64,000 bases of DNA from Penicillus capitatus (GCA_965649825.1 OZ287704.1:468201-532200); one strand, 5' to 3'. Positions 11,287 through 23,087 are shown, counted from the stretch's first letter. Program-made: numbers and translations. The notes: generated by a model from the letters alone, not told the origin.

Positions 11287-12930
11287 ATGGTTAGCACGCG
11301 TTCCCAGAAGAGACGAAGAGAGGCGTTCGCGGAACCGTCGCCGAGAAAGAAGCTCAACGCCGAGAAGAACAAGAAGAAGGAGTCTTCCAGACCTTCAGAA
11401 GCCCGACGCCGTGCGCAACCGCACTCCCAGGCTCCGGTAAGCGACCGGTTTCCCTCTCAAGTCCGAAGTCTCTCTTTTCTCGCAGCGACCCGTCCCTCGC
11501 CGTTTGATGGTCTGGGGCGACAATGGGTGTGGCCAAGCCTGGCGCGACGGGAGCAACTCCGCAGACTGGAGTGTCCCATTCGAGCCATTTTCCGAAGAAA
11601 GGCCTCAAGTGAGCGGCAACGTCAGCCCCAATGTCGACGTGCTCATATGCTCCCGTCGACTGCAGGTTCTCAACGCAGCACTCGGCTGCATGCACACGGC
11701 GGTCCAGGTGGATGACCGCAGAATTTACACATCCGGATATAACCGCTACGGACAGGTCGGGTGGCCAACGGAGAACGGAAATCGCCACCGTTCCGACGAG
11801 CACTTCAATTCGCCGAGGACGTTCAGCCCTCTCTTCTGCTGCTCCGCCGAGATGATTGTCCAAATCGTGTGCACATTCTACGCGACCTTCGTGCTGACAA
11901 ACATGGGCTGCGTCTATGGATGGGGGACGTTCCGTGACATCCACGGCAGCAAGGCATTCACCGACGGCGTCGAGACTACCTGTCACAGCGAAGTCGTCTA
12001 CGATGCCCGGCCACGCAACCCCGTTGTGAAGATTGCCGCCGGAGCCAACCACATCGTTGCCGTTTTGAAGGTGAATTTGGATCAAGCAAACAAGTGTGGC
12101 ACTTATGGTGTGCTTGTCTTGCAGAGCGGTCAGGTTCTCTCGTGGGGATCCGGAGATCTCGGCCAACTTGGCCGACCGCCTCAGACCTCGATTCGTGGGG
12201 ATGCGCCAAAGACTCCGGTGGAAGGGCTCACCCCTGCTGCCATGGTCTTCCAAGAGAAGACGGTGATTGTCGACGCGTTCTGCACAGACTTCTGCACATT
12301 CCTAAAGGACACTTCGGGACGCATCTTTGCCTGTGGACTCAACGACTGTGGACAGTTGGCCATTCATCCCGAAGAACTGTCCATCGACAAACTGGCCGAT
12401 GCAAAGGAGAGAATCCGTGCCAACATCGTCGTCACCCAGCCCACGGAGGTCGAAGTCCTCACAGCCTTGAAACTCAGGAAGATCGTCGGCGGAAAAGATC
12501 ACTGTCTCGGCCTGACGGAGGAGGGAGCCGTGTACTCGTGGGGATCCTCCGAGCACGGGGTTCTTGGGCGTCGCGACGCGATGTCGACGATGGCAGGCGG
12601 AAGCATTCTGCCTGATCCTCAGCCGGTCGACCGTTTCCAGGGTCGAGAGATGATCGACATCGCAGCCGGATACGTGAGTTCATGCCGGCTGTACCTGTCT
12701 GCATCTCGACCGTCTCTGTTATGCAGGTTGCCTCTGGAGCCATCGACAGCAACGGAAGCGTGTTCACCTGGGGCAGAAACACCTTCCATCGTCTGGGACA
12801 CCCAGTCGGCGAAGACCATCAAGAACCACTCCCCAGAGAAGTGAAGATTGAGCTGGAGCCGAACTGCAAGCCGACAGATCTTTTCATTGGCATGACGCAT
12901 GCAGCCCTTTTGTTCGATGGTGGACACTAA
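11287..12930 (+). CDS. RCC1: Diverged RCC1 paralog; exons 11287-11436, 11486-11608, 11666-12070, 12125-12673, 12727-12930
   Basis: Same four intron positions as the 7212 gene. Motifs GCMHT, WGTFRDIHG, AGANH, WGSGDLGQLGR, GLNDCGQL, GGKDH, WGSSEHGVLGR. Lys/Arg-rich N-terminus. Confidence 0.86.
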
Positions 12931-13404
12931 GTGATCAAACTCTATTTAAACTAGCACACTCATTATCAATAACAGCCTCTATTCTGTTCAAGAGCTCTCG
13001 CGTCGCGAAAAGAAGAAACCATCTACGGAATGTCTGAGATTTCTTTTCTTTCTTTTCTGCGGTTTCATCTCGTTCCTGCGCTGACAGAAGATAAAGGCAT
13101 GATCGTCTGTAAATGAGGCAGAGACAATGACTCTTGTTTTCTGTAAAGAAGGCAGCGTCTTTCATCTTGTCGCAGATCGCCAGAAACGACCTGGATACAG
13201 TGATCTCCATCGGCAATCAGAGAGGAGGGAGGGACGATGTCAAAGCTCATACCCGGGTGCGTCGAAGGATTCAATGGATGGGAGGGACATCAAGTTGGAA
13301 TGTCCAACGGTCCGATATGGCAAGAGTCTCTCCCAGGCGTTGCCTGGTAGTTATAGCTCCGAACGTCGTTGCGACAACGCTTCCGAAGAAGGATGTGCTG
13401 GACG

Positions 13405-14476
13405 CTACTCACGGCGTTCGTTGCGAACCGTCACCAGGATGATAATGAAGACGAAGATCCAAGCAGGGAGTACAGTCACGCAGGCTAATACCCCTCCCCG
13501 AATAACCACTCCAATCAGCCACGGCAGACAAAACAACAAAGTCAAGAACAAACCCACGACGACTTGATTGCGAAACCTCCTGAGAATGATCCAATTCGTG
13601 TCAAGAGAACAGTCGGACTGTTTCACTGGCAAACAAGAACACAAGAACGTATGCGTCTCACGCCTTCCGTCATTCGGCAGGAGATTGTCTGGTGGATTTC
13701 GAATGCGGCATCCGACTGATAGAAAGAAGAAGAGTCCGCAGCCTCCTCCGACGCCAATGCCAATCTCAATGCTGCACCATCCAAGAATGTGCGCAGCGCA
13801 GCGAATCATGAACCTTTCTCGGCATTCCCAGTGCTTGCACAAAAAACGCTCCTCTTTTAAAACACTCGCACACGGAGGACTCGATCGCGAAGCTGGATGA
13901 GATGTTGCCCTTCCGGCGATAGCAATACTCTCCAGTGACGTCCTCTTCCAGACACTGGTACTCCTCGTTCTCAGAGTCGTCTATGGGGCTGTCTTCTCTG
14001 CATGACCACTCTGAACAGTACCTCTGACTTGGGGCCCTCGAGGTGCATGCACAGGTTAGGGATTCCGTGAAAGAAATAGCCACACATTCAATCGACTCTC
14101 GGCCGACCACACACTCGGCATATTCGTCAAAACGCTTTGTCGTGCAATCCCAGTGATCGCAAAAAGGCAGCTCCGTCGGGGCACAAGTGCAATTGCCGTA
14201 TTCCCTTTTCATTCGATTCTCCTCCTGCAACGGCCAGTGGAGACATTGACTGCTCGTGTTTCGGAGACAATGGTAGACTTCCGATTCCGTGTTGCTGGCG
14301 GCGCGGCACAGACCGCCTCTGTAGACACCGGACTCTGTGTAGTATCCGGCCACACGCTTCATGCGATTCCAGGACTGCAGACCTTCGTTCAAATCGTAAG
14401 CTGTCTCATTGGACTCTCCCAGTGCCGCAACAACGAGACAAGCCGCAGTACAGAAGTAGTATACAGATGCACCCAT
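13405..14476 (-). pseudogene. Cys-rich extracellular / multi-TM protein, frameshifted paralog of 36467-37576
   Basis: ORFs 13766-14476 and 13405-13842 together match the intact paralog. There is a +1 nt shift at the A6 run near 13841-13846, which may be a homopolymer assembly error. Confidence 0.75.
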
Positions 14477-17303
14477 GGTTCAAACGTTTGCCCAGTGTTA
14501 AAGAATGCACCGCTGAGATCGACGTCAACCTGGTGCTTTAGAATGCAGGGTCGGAAAGCGGTTGCTGGCGGTTTTTGTCATGACACTCTATGAGCAGCCG
14601 TCAAGCGTTGATGACTGACCGAAGAAGAGGGTCACACTTATTGACAGTGTCGAAGTGCTTCACTTGTAGACAGAGTGAACCGGCGACAATGGTCCAAAAC
14701 CTATTCGATCGACCGTTTTTTGTCGATACTGATCCCGCCACGTATTTTGCCTTCAAATCTCAGCCGTCTGATAAAGAATAGAATAAGGCTTTGACATGTC
14801 ACCAAAGCTCTGTCCCTAGCGCTGCAATGTTTAACAGAGCGCCTTGCAAGTGCTGATATGAGGTAAGACCATCCATCTCATGAGTGCCTGGGACTTGAGC
14901 AAATGGTCGTTTGTCATCGTCATCCATGATTTCGAGCCTCATTGGTGTCGATAGTGCCAGGATGATCACTGGACTGAGACCGAGGACGATCGATGCTGTG
15001 TTTGATGAACAGCGAGGCTTTCAGCGAACCTTTCGTCTGAATATGCGACAGACGGCGTTGAAAATGTCCATCCGACGCCACCGGCTGCGAACTTTGTCTT
15101 CCAGTGCGATTCAGCGGCACGGGCAAAGGGTTCTCACGCACGGCCTATGCTCATTTCATTCCGGATGAGATCCGAGAATTTTTGCCTTTTGATGTTCGGA
15201 CACATTTTGCTAGCACGTCTTTGAAAAAAGAGACACGAGAGTCGCTCTCTGTTTGGAACCAGTTTAAACACCGTCTTGTTTGCAATAAGACTCATGCAGT
15301 GAACTGCTGCCGACACGGATTTACGATGCACATAGATAAACATCTCCATCTCATGGCACACAGCCGTTCCATTCGATGCCGGACACCAAGGAATGCCATG
15401 AATTTCCGGATGCTCTGCGAAGGCCATCGTTCTCTGGTTCGTCGGCGTCGCCACTGATGTACGCATCCTTCGAAGACGTTCTGACTCAAAGGCGACGACG
15501 TGTGTTTATCCATTGAGAAGCTGATGCCGTCCGTGCACACGGCGACGTCTTCGCCAGGGGGAGCGTAGCAGTGAAGGTCGGCCGTTCTGCTCTGCCTTCC
15601 ACGTTTGAGGGAGTTAGGACCACAGACAACTCCGAAACCGATACGCGTTACACCGACGAAAACGCATTCTCGATGGCGTTCGCGATGGAAGCGTCCGAAA
15701 CTGGCGGCCGCCTCGACTGTTTATTTCGTTTGGACAGCGAAGTAAAGAATTTGGAAGCAGCTCAGTGATGCTGTCCTTCCGATGCAGTAGTGACTCCATC
15801 CACATTCTCAACGCAGACAGATGAAACGGATCATGTGATCGATGGGTATCAAGCGACCCAAGGACACACCCAGAAGATAACAGATTATCCATCCTGGTGA
15901 TCAGAAGCGCACTGGATAACGATCGTTGGCATACAGGGCTTCGTCGACGGCAGCCGAAAATGCCGAGAACCGCTGCCGACGACAAGTGGCCTCGGAAGCA
16001 ACAGTATCCAAGTTCAAGCGCTGGGATCTTTGTTTGGTGTCTCTTGGAGGATGCCTTTCTGGGCGATCGCTGTCATCTGATGGCCCTTGTCTCTTTGCAC
16101 TGCAGCACGTTGTGGAACACTTCTGGGATCACCTTTGAACAGTCAATGACTCGACCTGTAACCGGGATTGCTCATCTCTTGTCAAGGCCGCTAGGCAGTA
16201 GCGGTGGGTTTTGTACTCGATCACAGCACAGTTAGCAGTTCTGCTTCTCCAAGGACCATTCATCCTGAGATTGGATAACGGTCGTTGCCTTATGTCAGTC
16301 TCGGTAGCAGCCAACTTTTGAGAGTTTAAAGACATTGTTAAATGTGGCACACAAGGTGCGAAGGTCCAAGTTGACTATGCTACACACCTCAGACTGCATT
16401 TAACCTTGTGAAAGAGTAAGTGATTTTTACCCGCGGCCTCTCATGGATCAGCCATAACCGCCAATTCTGCATCCTCAGAAGTAACATATCTTCACACCCA
16501 GACAGGATAACGGCACACTCCGTTCCATAGCAGGACCTTTGGGTGTCGGCAGCATTCTCAATCGGGACACCTAGCGCTTGCTTATTGCGCGACGGTTTCG
16601 TCGTTGGTGATTACGTCGCCATCGCCAACTGCCTCGCACGGTTGCGACTTCCATTTGCGGTACAAAACCATCGGCGATTCTGCACTGTGTTCCTTTCTTC
16701 GTTTCTTAAGGTTTTTGGACGTTTTTCGGTACGTCCACCCTTTCAGCTGAATCGCTTCCGGTTGCCGCTCTCTTTACGACTTCCACCTACCGACGTCCAA
16801 GACCCTGCTTTTTCGACGCTCTCGCCCTCCGAAGCCATCTGCTCGAGAGGTCGGATGCCGACTCCGACCATTCGGCACTCCGGTTGCGCGAGCCTTCGAC
16901 AATCAGTCGAATCTCTCCTCCTGCCCTCATGGGCATTTTCTTCACACGACCAACCCCACCGGTCGTCCGCGTCATGCAAGTCGCCAGGTGACGAATTCCT
17001 CGCCCTTTACGAATGAAAAGGCATCGACTCGGCACTGTCTAGGTCGCGGGGCACGGAACGGTTGACGTCTGCATTGACAGCGGCAGCGAAGGACGACGCG
17101 TCTGGGAGAATCCAGCGCGAGCCAAGCAGGTCCCAAAATGTCCGCGACGCGATGGACAGGGGACTTTTCAGAAAAAGAACAGTGGAATAGGCACCGACCG
17201 GGTCGTGGTATGGCGCCTGAAGGGGGTCTGACGGTTGACGGACCGCCATGGTAGATGCAGCGGGTTGCCGATCTTTTCTCGGATACCCGTTTTTCGTATC
17301 GCC

Positions 17304-18250
17304 ATGGACGAGATGATCGGTCGGTCCTCCGTCTTGCGTCAAGGCGGTCAAGAAAAACATTTGCGCCGATTCCCCCGGCTGCAAAGAATCCTGTCACTGG
17401 GAAACGAGGCCAGGCTACCACAGGCAGAACGTCAAGGTATGTCCGTTAGCCACCAAAAACTAATTCGAGTTGCGTTTCTCTGACGACGTTCTTAGGTCTG
17501 AAACCGGATCTAGACAGCCGGCACCCGACAGCCGGCCCTCAAGACAGCCGGCACCCGACAGCCGGCCCTCAAGACAGCCGGCACCCGACAGCCGGCCCTC
17601 AAGACAGCCGGCACCCGACAGCCGGCCCTCAAGACAGCCGGCACCCGACAGCCGGCCCTCAAGACAGCCGGCACCCGACAGCCGGCCCTCAAGACAGCCG
17701 GCACCCGACAGCCGGCCCTCAAGACAGCCGGCACCCGACAGCCGGCCCTCAAGACAGCCGGCACCCGACAGCCGGCCCTCAAGACAGCCGGCACCCGACA
17801 GCCGGCACTCAGAAGCCGGCAACGATGAAGCCGGTGGCCTCGAAGACAGCCGGCGCCCGACAGCCGGCCCTGAAGAAAGCCGGCACCAGACAGCCGGCAC
17901 CCAGAAGCCGGCATCGAAGAAAGCCGGCGGCGAAGAAAGCCGGCACCCAGAAGCAGTCGGCGAAGACAGCCGGCGCCCGACAGCCGGCCCTGAAGAAAGC
18001 CGGCACCAGACAGCCGGCACCCAGAAGCCGGCATCGAAGAAAGCCGGGGGCGAAGAAAGCCGGCACCCAGAAGCAGTCGGCGAAGACAGCCGGCACCGAG
18101 CAGCCGGAACCCAGAAGCCGGCGGCCTCGAAGAAAGCCGGCGGCGAAGGCAGCCGGCACCGAGCAGCCGGAACCCAGAAGCCGTCGGCGAAGAAAGCCGG
18201 CATCGAAACAGCCGGCGGCGAAGACTGCCGTACTCAGAAGCCGGCCTTGA
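17304..18250 (+). CDS. Predicted spliced ORF (17304-17436 + 17496-18250, 295 aa): (DSRHPTAGPQ)x~10 followed by a Lys/Ala/Pro-rich region
   Basis: The donor CAAG|GTATGT at 17437 is conserved with the paralog gene at 55097. The acceptor TTAG| is at 17495. A phase-1 join gives a frame that is stop-free to TGA 18248-18250. No expression evidence. Confidence 0.35.
17512..17806 (+). repeat. Perfect 30-bp minisatellite, 9.8 copies (AGACAGCCGGCACCCGACAGCCGGCCCTCA)
   Basis: Exact 30-nt periodicity read directly. The unit is a dimer of two related 15-mers. Confidence 0.99.
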
Positions 18251-19372
18251 AGACAGCCGGCACCCGACAGCCGGCAACGATGAAGCCGGTGGCCTCGAAG
18301 ACAGATGGCGCCCGACAGCCGGCCCTCAAGACAGCCGGCACCAGACAGCCGGCACCCAGAAGCCGGCGGCGAAGAAAGCCGGCGGCGAAGAAGCCGGCAC
18401 CCAGAAGCAGTCGGCGAAGACAGCCGGCACCGAGCAGCCGGAACCCAGAAGCCGTCGGCGAAGAAAGCCGGCATCGAAACAGCCGGCGGCGAAGACTGCC
18501 GTACTCAGAAGCCGGCGGCGAAGACTGCCGTACTCAGAAGCCGGCCTTGAAGACAGCCGGCACCCGACAGCCGGCAACGATGAAGCCGGTGGCCTCGAAG
18601 ACAGATGGCGCCCGACAGCCGGCCCTCAAGACAGCCGGCACCCAGAAGCCGGCATCGAAGACAGCCGGCCTTGAAGACAGCCGGCACCCGACAGCCGGCA
18701 CCCAGAAGGCGGCAACTAGAAGGCAGCGGCGGCGAAGATAGCCGGCTCTAGAAAGCCGGCGACGAAGCTGCCGGCCTTGAAGACAGCCGGCACCAGACAG
18801 CCGGCATCGAAGACAGCCGGCCCTCAAGACAGCCGGCACCAGACAGCCGGCACCAGACAGCCGGCACCAGACAGCCGGCACCAGACAGCCGGCACCAGAC
18901 AGCCGGCACCAGACAGCCGGCCTTAAAGAAAGCCGGCACCCGACAGCCGGCACCCAGAAGGCGGCAACTAGAAGGCGGCAACTAGAAGGCAGCCGGCAGC
19001 AGACAGCCTGCACCCAGAAGCCGGCATCGAAGACAGCCGGCGGCGAAGAAAGCCGGCCTTGAATAGCTGGCAGCCATGAAGGAAGCCGGCACCCAGAAGC
19101 CGGCGACGAAGCGGCCTGCAGCCACGAAGAAGCCGGCTTCAGACAGCCGGCGACGAAGACAGCCGGCGGAGATATCTGCCGGCACACAACAGCCGGAGGC
19201 GAAGACTGCCGGTACTCAGAAGCCGGCATCAAAGACAGCCGGCGAAGATAACTGCCGGCACCCAACAGCCGCCGGCGAAGACTGCCGGTACTCAGAAGCA
19301 GGCGGCGAAGACAGCCGGCACCCAGAAGGCGGCGGCGGCGAAGACAGCCGGCAACGAAAGAAGAAGAAGTAA
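17807..19372 (+). repeat. Compound higher-order array built on CAGCCGG/GAAGCCGG cores
   Basis: A 120-nt tandem duplication (about 17830-18070), longer internal duplications (about 18215-18345 vs 18515-18640), and a 14-nt unit CCAGACAGCCGGCA about six times at about 18830-18915. Confidence 0.95.
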
Positions 19373-19760
19373 AGCAGCCTCCAGCAGCAGAAGAAGACAA
19401 ACGAAGAACCACGAAGCCTCCAGCAGCAGCAGAAGAACCACGAAGCCTCCAGCAGCAGCAGAAGAACCACGAAGCCTCCAGCAGCAGCAGAAGAACTACA
19501 AAGCCTCCAGCAGCAGAAGAAGAACTACAAAGCCTCCAGCAGCAGCACAAGAACCACGAAGCATCCAGCAGCAGAAGAAGAAGAACCACAAAGCCTCCAG
19601 CAGCAGCAGCAGAACCACAAAGCCTCCAGCAGCAGCAGCAGAAGAAGTAAAGAAGCCTCCAGCAGCAGCAGCAGAAGAAGAAGAAGTAAAGAAGCCTCCA
19701 GCAGCAGCAGAAGAAGAACCACAAAGCCTCCAGCAGCAGCAGCAGAACCACAAAGCCTCC
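19373..19760 (+). repeat. (CAG)n/(AAG)n-based array, unit GAAGCCTCC(AGC)nAGAAGAACCAC
   Basis: About 13 variable-length units visible by eye. Confidence 0.95.
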
Positions 19761-19961
19761 AGTCTGCGTTTCAGTTGTTGTGGGAATTTCAATTACCTCC
19801 ACAAACGTAACCGTGTAGCGTTTCTGCAAGTCTCTGTTTCATTTTATCTTTGAGCTTTTGAGAATGCTGGACCTGCACCAACTGGATTATACAATCTTGA
19901 TGATGTAGTATTGAATCGATCACATTCTGTCCTCATATTTTTTCATAAAAAGATTGTGAAG

Positions 19962-20087
19962 CTGTTTAGGCCATCTTTATGGCTATTGTACAGACACATG
20001 TTATCCTGTTTAGGCCATCTTTGTGGCAATTGTACAGACACATGTTTAAGCTGTTTAGGCCATCTTTGTGGCAACTGTCCAGACACA
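19962..20087 (+). repeat. 44-45 bp tandem repeat, about 3 copies
   Basis: CTGTTTAGGCCATCTTT(A/G)TGGC.A.TGT.CAGACAC starts at 19962, 20006 and 20051. The inverted partner (about 52085-52170) has two copies. Confidence 0.9.
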
Positions 20088-21234
20088 GTAGACGATGTAG
20101 CTTGCGATAACGAACGCGTCGAAAACGCAGAATAGGACGTCCTTTATGCATCCATTTGCAGGCTGCTAAAGCTGTGTTCGATCGATTCGCTTAAAACCTG
20201 CAGGACTCAGAGGACCACAAAGAAGCTCAGTTGTGTACTACTACCACCCCAATGTCATCTCTTGCTAGCTGTCATTTAGAACTGAAGAAAGAATATCCAA
20301 GACTACAGAAATTTCATGAACGCGTGCGCAGGTTCGGCACTAACCCAGTGTGGAGGAGAGGTTTTTGTCACAGATCGATGCTCCTGAATGCACAAACAGT
20401 TCAAGGACGAACAAGAAAGATCCGTACTTGCCCGTATCATCTCGCAGTACGTTTTGATGTTCGGATAGTCTTTGAAGGTCATCCCAAACCTTGCTAGAAT
20501 CAAGAGCATCGACGCCAACATCGCATCTAGCAAAACGTCGCGTTTTCAGACAGCGCCAATTGCCAAAGATCAGCACCAGCGAGAGTGAATGCGTCTGTTG
20601 CTGCGTGTTTCTGCGCACCCAGATATGTATCCCACAGAGCCATCTCTGCCTGGAAGCACACATGGCTGATCTGATGCTCCAGTCGGTGGATGATACTTTA
20701 GTCTCTTCGATCTGCTGTTGATCATGTTGTTTTCCAGTTCCTCTATGACACGGATTTGAATGCTTCCTGCTGATAAGCAGATCCATAGCCTACCATAAAA
20801 CAAGTGTCGTTTCGCTGCTTTATATCTGTCACAATGGCATCGAAGCATCGTTGCAACACCTAGGGCCGAGCATCTATCGAAGGATAGGGGATATGCGTGC
20901 AATAACGACTTTTGTCTTTTCGATCGAATCCGACGGGAGAAGCGGTTTTCGGCGTACTGATTTTCCAAGTGCATGACGATGACATCCGACTCGTCAGCAC
21001 GACATCTCCATCTCTAAACGTTGGAAGTTGTCCTCTCGGATTCAATGAGATGACTGGCGATTTGTGTTCCTCGAGATTTTACAACATGTTGTCTGCGACA
21101 GAGATGGGGTGAAGAACGTGACTCTTAGAAAATTCGAGGAGTTTGCCCTATCGCGGAAGACACTTTTCTTCCAAGACGGTCATCGCTCGACAGCAGTAGA
21201 CAGATCCTGACCCCCAGTAAATCAAACGGTCATG

Positions 21235-21260
21235 CGCCCTCGCCCTCGCCCTCGCCCTCG
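21235..21260 (+). repeat. (CGCCCT)4 microsatellite
   Basis: Read directly. Confidence 0.9.
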
Positions 21261-23087
21261 CGATTCTTCGACGCTCAAATGATTCTAGGAGGATACGGTA
21301 AATACGCATCAATTTCTGAAAAGACTGATGGCAAGGCGGCGGAACAGGAAGGAGGCTTTTTCGCACTACCCAGGAGAGAAGACGTTCTTTGGAAAGCTCC
21401 GAATCTGGACAGCTTATTGATCCATGACCTTCGCAGATGGTCAGATCTGGAAAAGGATTCAGATCACGCGTCTTCGAGACCGGCCATCGTCCTACCACTA
21501 CAGATCGGGGAACTCTATGTACAGGAGAGCAGCCATTTACATTCCAGTTCTCTCTCTTGTTACACCTTGGTTGACATCGCCCCTTGCCAGCTGCGTGCGA
21601 AACAGGAAGTTCGAAAGGCAGCTGTGGATATGTTCCTCGTCTGCTCTCGAAGACACAGGTAGCCCTTCGGGATAAGGCCGTGCAGACGGAGGGATCACGG
21701 GATGCATAAGAGGAGACTACTCGTATGTCTTTTGTCGTCGACTCGACCAACCTGAGTAACTTAATCTTCCAAATAGGCAGGCAGCACGACGCAGGCAGTT
21801 TTCCGTGCTACGCGCACCGCGGCGTCGACCCCGCGAAAACGATCCAATCCTGAGAACTAGCGGCAACTCGATCATTTGAACTGGAGACTGTGAGATGGCG
21901 ACCGAGAGGAACGGATGCTCGACGGTCGAGCAGAAGAGGACGAAGTCATCCACAGTACTTTTACAGTTTCCCATCAATCTGGTATTCACTGAACGGATTG
22001 AACATTGCGCTGCGCGAAATCAGAACGCCGCACTTTACGCAATGCCTCGATCGCTTTCACACACCTTCCATCTGCCCGATGCTGCATGCACATTAGTTCT
22101 TCTCGGAGCCAATCTTCCAAAGCGATTCGCGGCCAGTTCTCGATCCCTCCAGGTCTGAAGCTCTTCGTTAAATAGATAACAGTGCAGCTTATGGAGTACC
22201 AAATAAGGCACTAGGACGGACGTATCCAAGTCACAGAACGCATCTCTGACTCGGACGTCAATGTTATAATTCTCCGAGGCTTCTGGTGTGTGTGCAGGAT
22301 TCCGCGATCGACTCCCTTTTCAGGCTCTGATACGGTGCCGACCTTTGTAAGCATCTGAGTTCCTGTCCCAGAGAAAGACAGCAGCAAACGGATGAACGAG
22401 TCGTCGCAAAGTCTGCCAAAAACATTCCTGATTACGCGCTACGTCTGCTTCGGCGCGGAAGATAGTGAATGATCTGTCATGGCGGGTTGCCGCTGTTAAT
22501 CGCTCTCTTCTCCCCGGGACAACCTGAACCACTTGTCCACTGTCTTGATCCCCGAACTCTCCGGGGGACAGCGACGAGGATGGGACTCGCTCGCTTTTGA
22601 ACGGGAGAATTCGTTCACGCAAAACAGAGTGCTCTGGACCGAGTGAGTCTCTGCATCGACAGAGATGTGAGAGCGATTAGACGAGATCCGCCAACTGAAC
22701 GCAAGCGGGTTCGGAAATCGGCTGACCTGTGCAGTTCAAGGTACTCGACAGGTGCACCGATGAAGCCGTTCTCGAGCTTCGAGCACGCCGCAATGGCGTT
22801 GGAGGGTGTCATTTCCTCCAATGCGCCTTCCAAGTCGCCAGAAGACACGGCCTCGAAACGGCGGTCGGCAGAGCAGACATAGCGAGCGGCAGCAGACACG
22901 TGTTTTCGTCACATCAAGAATTAAAAATCGTCTTCAAGAACAAGAATCGTTCTTGCGCAGAGCACACTGCGTGTCATGGCTATTTACGCTGAAAACAAAA
23001 AAGTCACGTCACTGATTCTAACCCGAACTATGTCTTCGGTTCGCTTGGAAAGAGAAAAAACTTCTAACTTATCTGATGTCGATCCGC

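Larger units (their letters stand above)
16960..20850 (+). repeat. Inverted duplication arm (partner 51330-55450)
   Basis: 16960-17500 aligns to the reverse complement of 54860-55450, and 19760-20850 to the reverse complement of 51330-52400 (e.g. 20521-20700 vs 51475-51655). Confidence 0.9.

Noticed and set aside
18534-19829. 431-aa minus-strand ORF (Cys/Leu/Ala-rich) as a real membrane protein
   Set aside because: It is the antisense reading of the array. The poly-Leu/Cys/Phe runs come from (CTG/CTT)n, and there is no supporting start context or splice link.
17512-20087. CRISPR-like array
   Set aside because: The units are head-to-tail with no unique spacers, there are no cas genes, and the context is eukaryotic.
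21279-22900. LRR/F-box-like fragments (APNLDSLLI, SFPSIWYSL) and BTB/BACK-like fragments here and at 28.6-30.1 kb and 43.6-44.8 kb
   Set aside because: Only short motif impressions in broken frames. I could not build a consistent exon model. Probably decayed genes but unassignable by eye.
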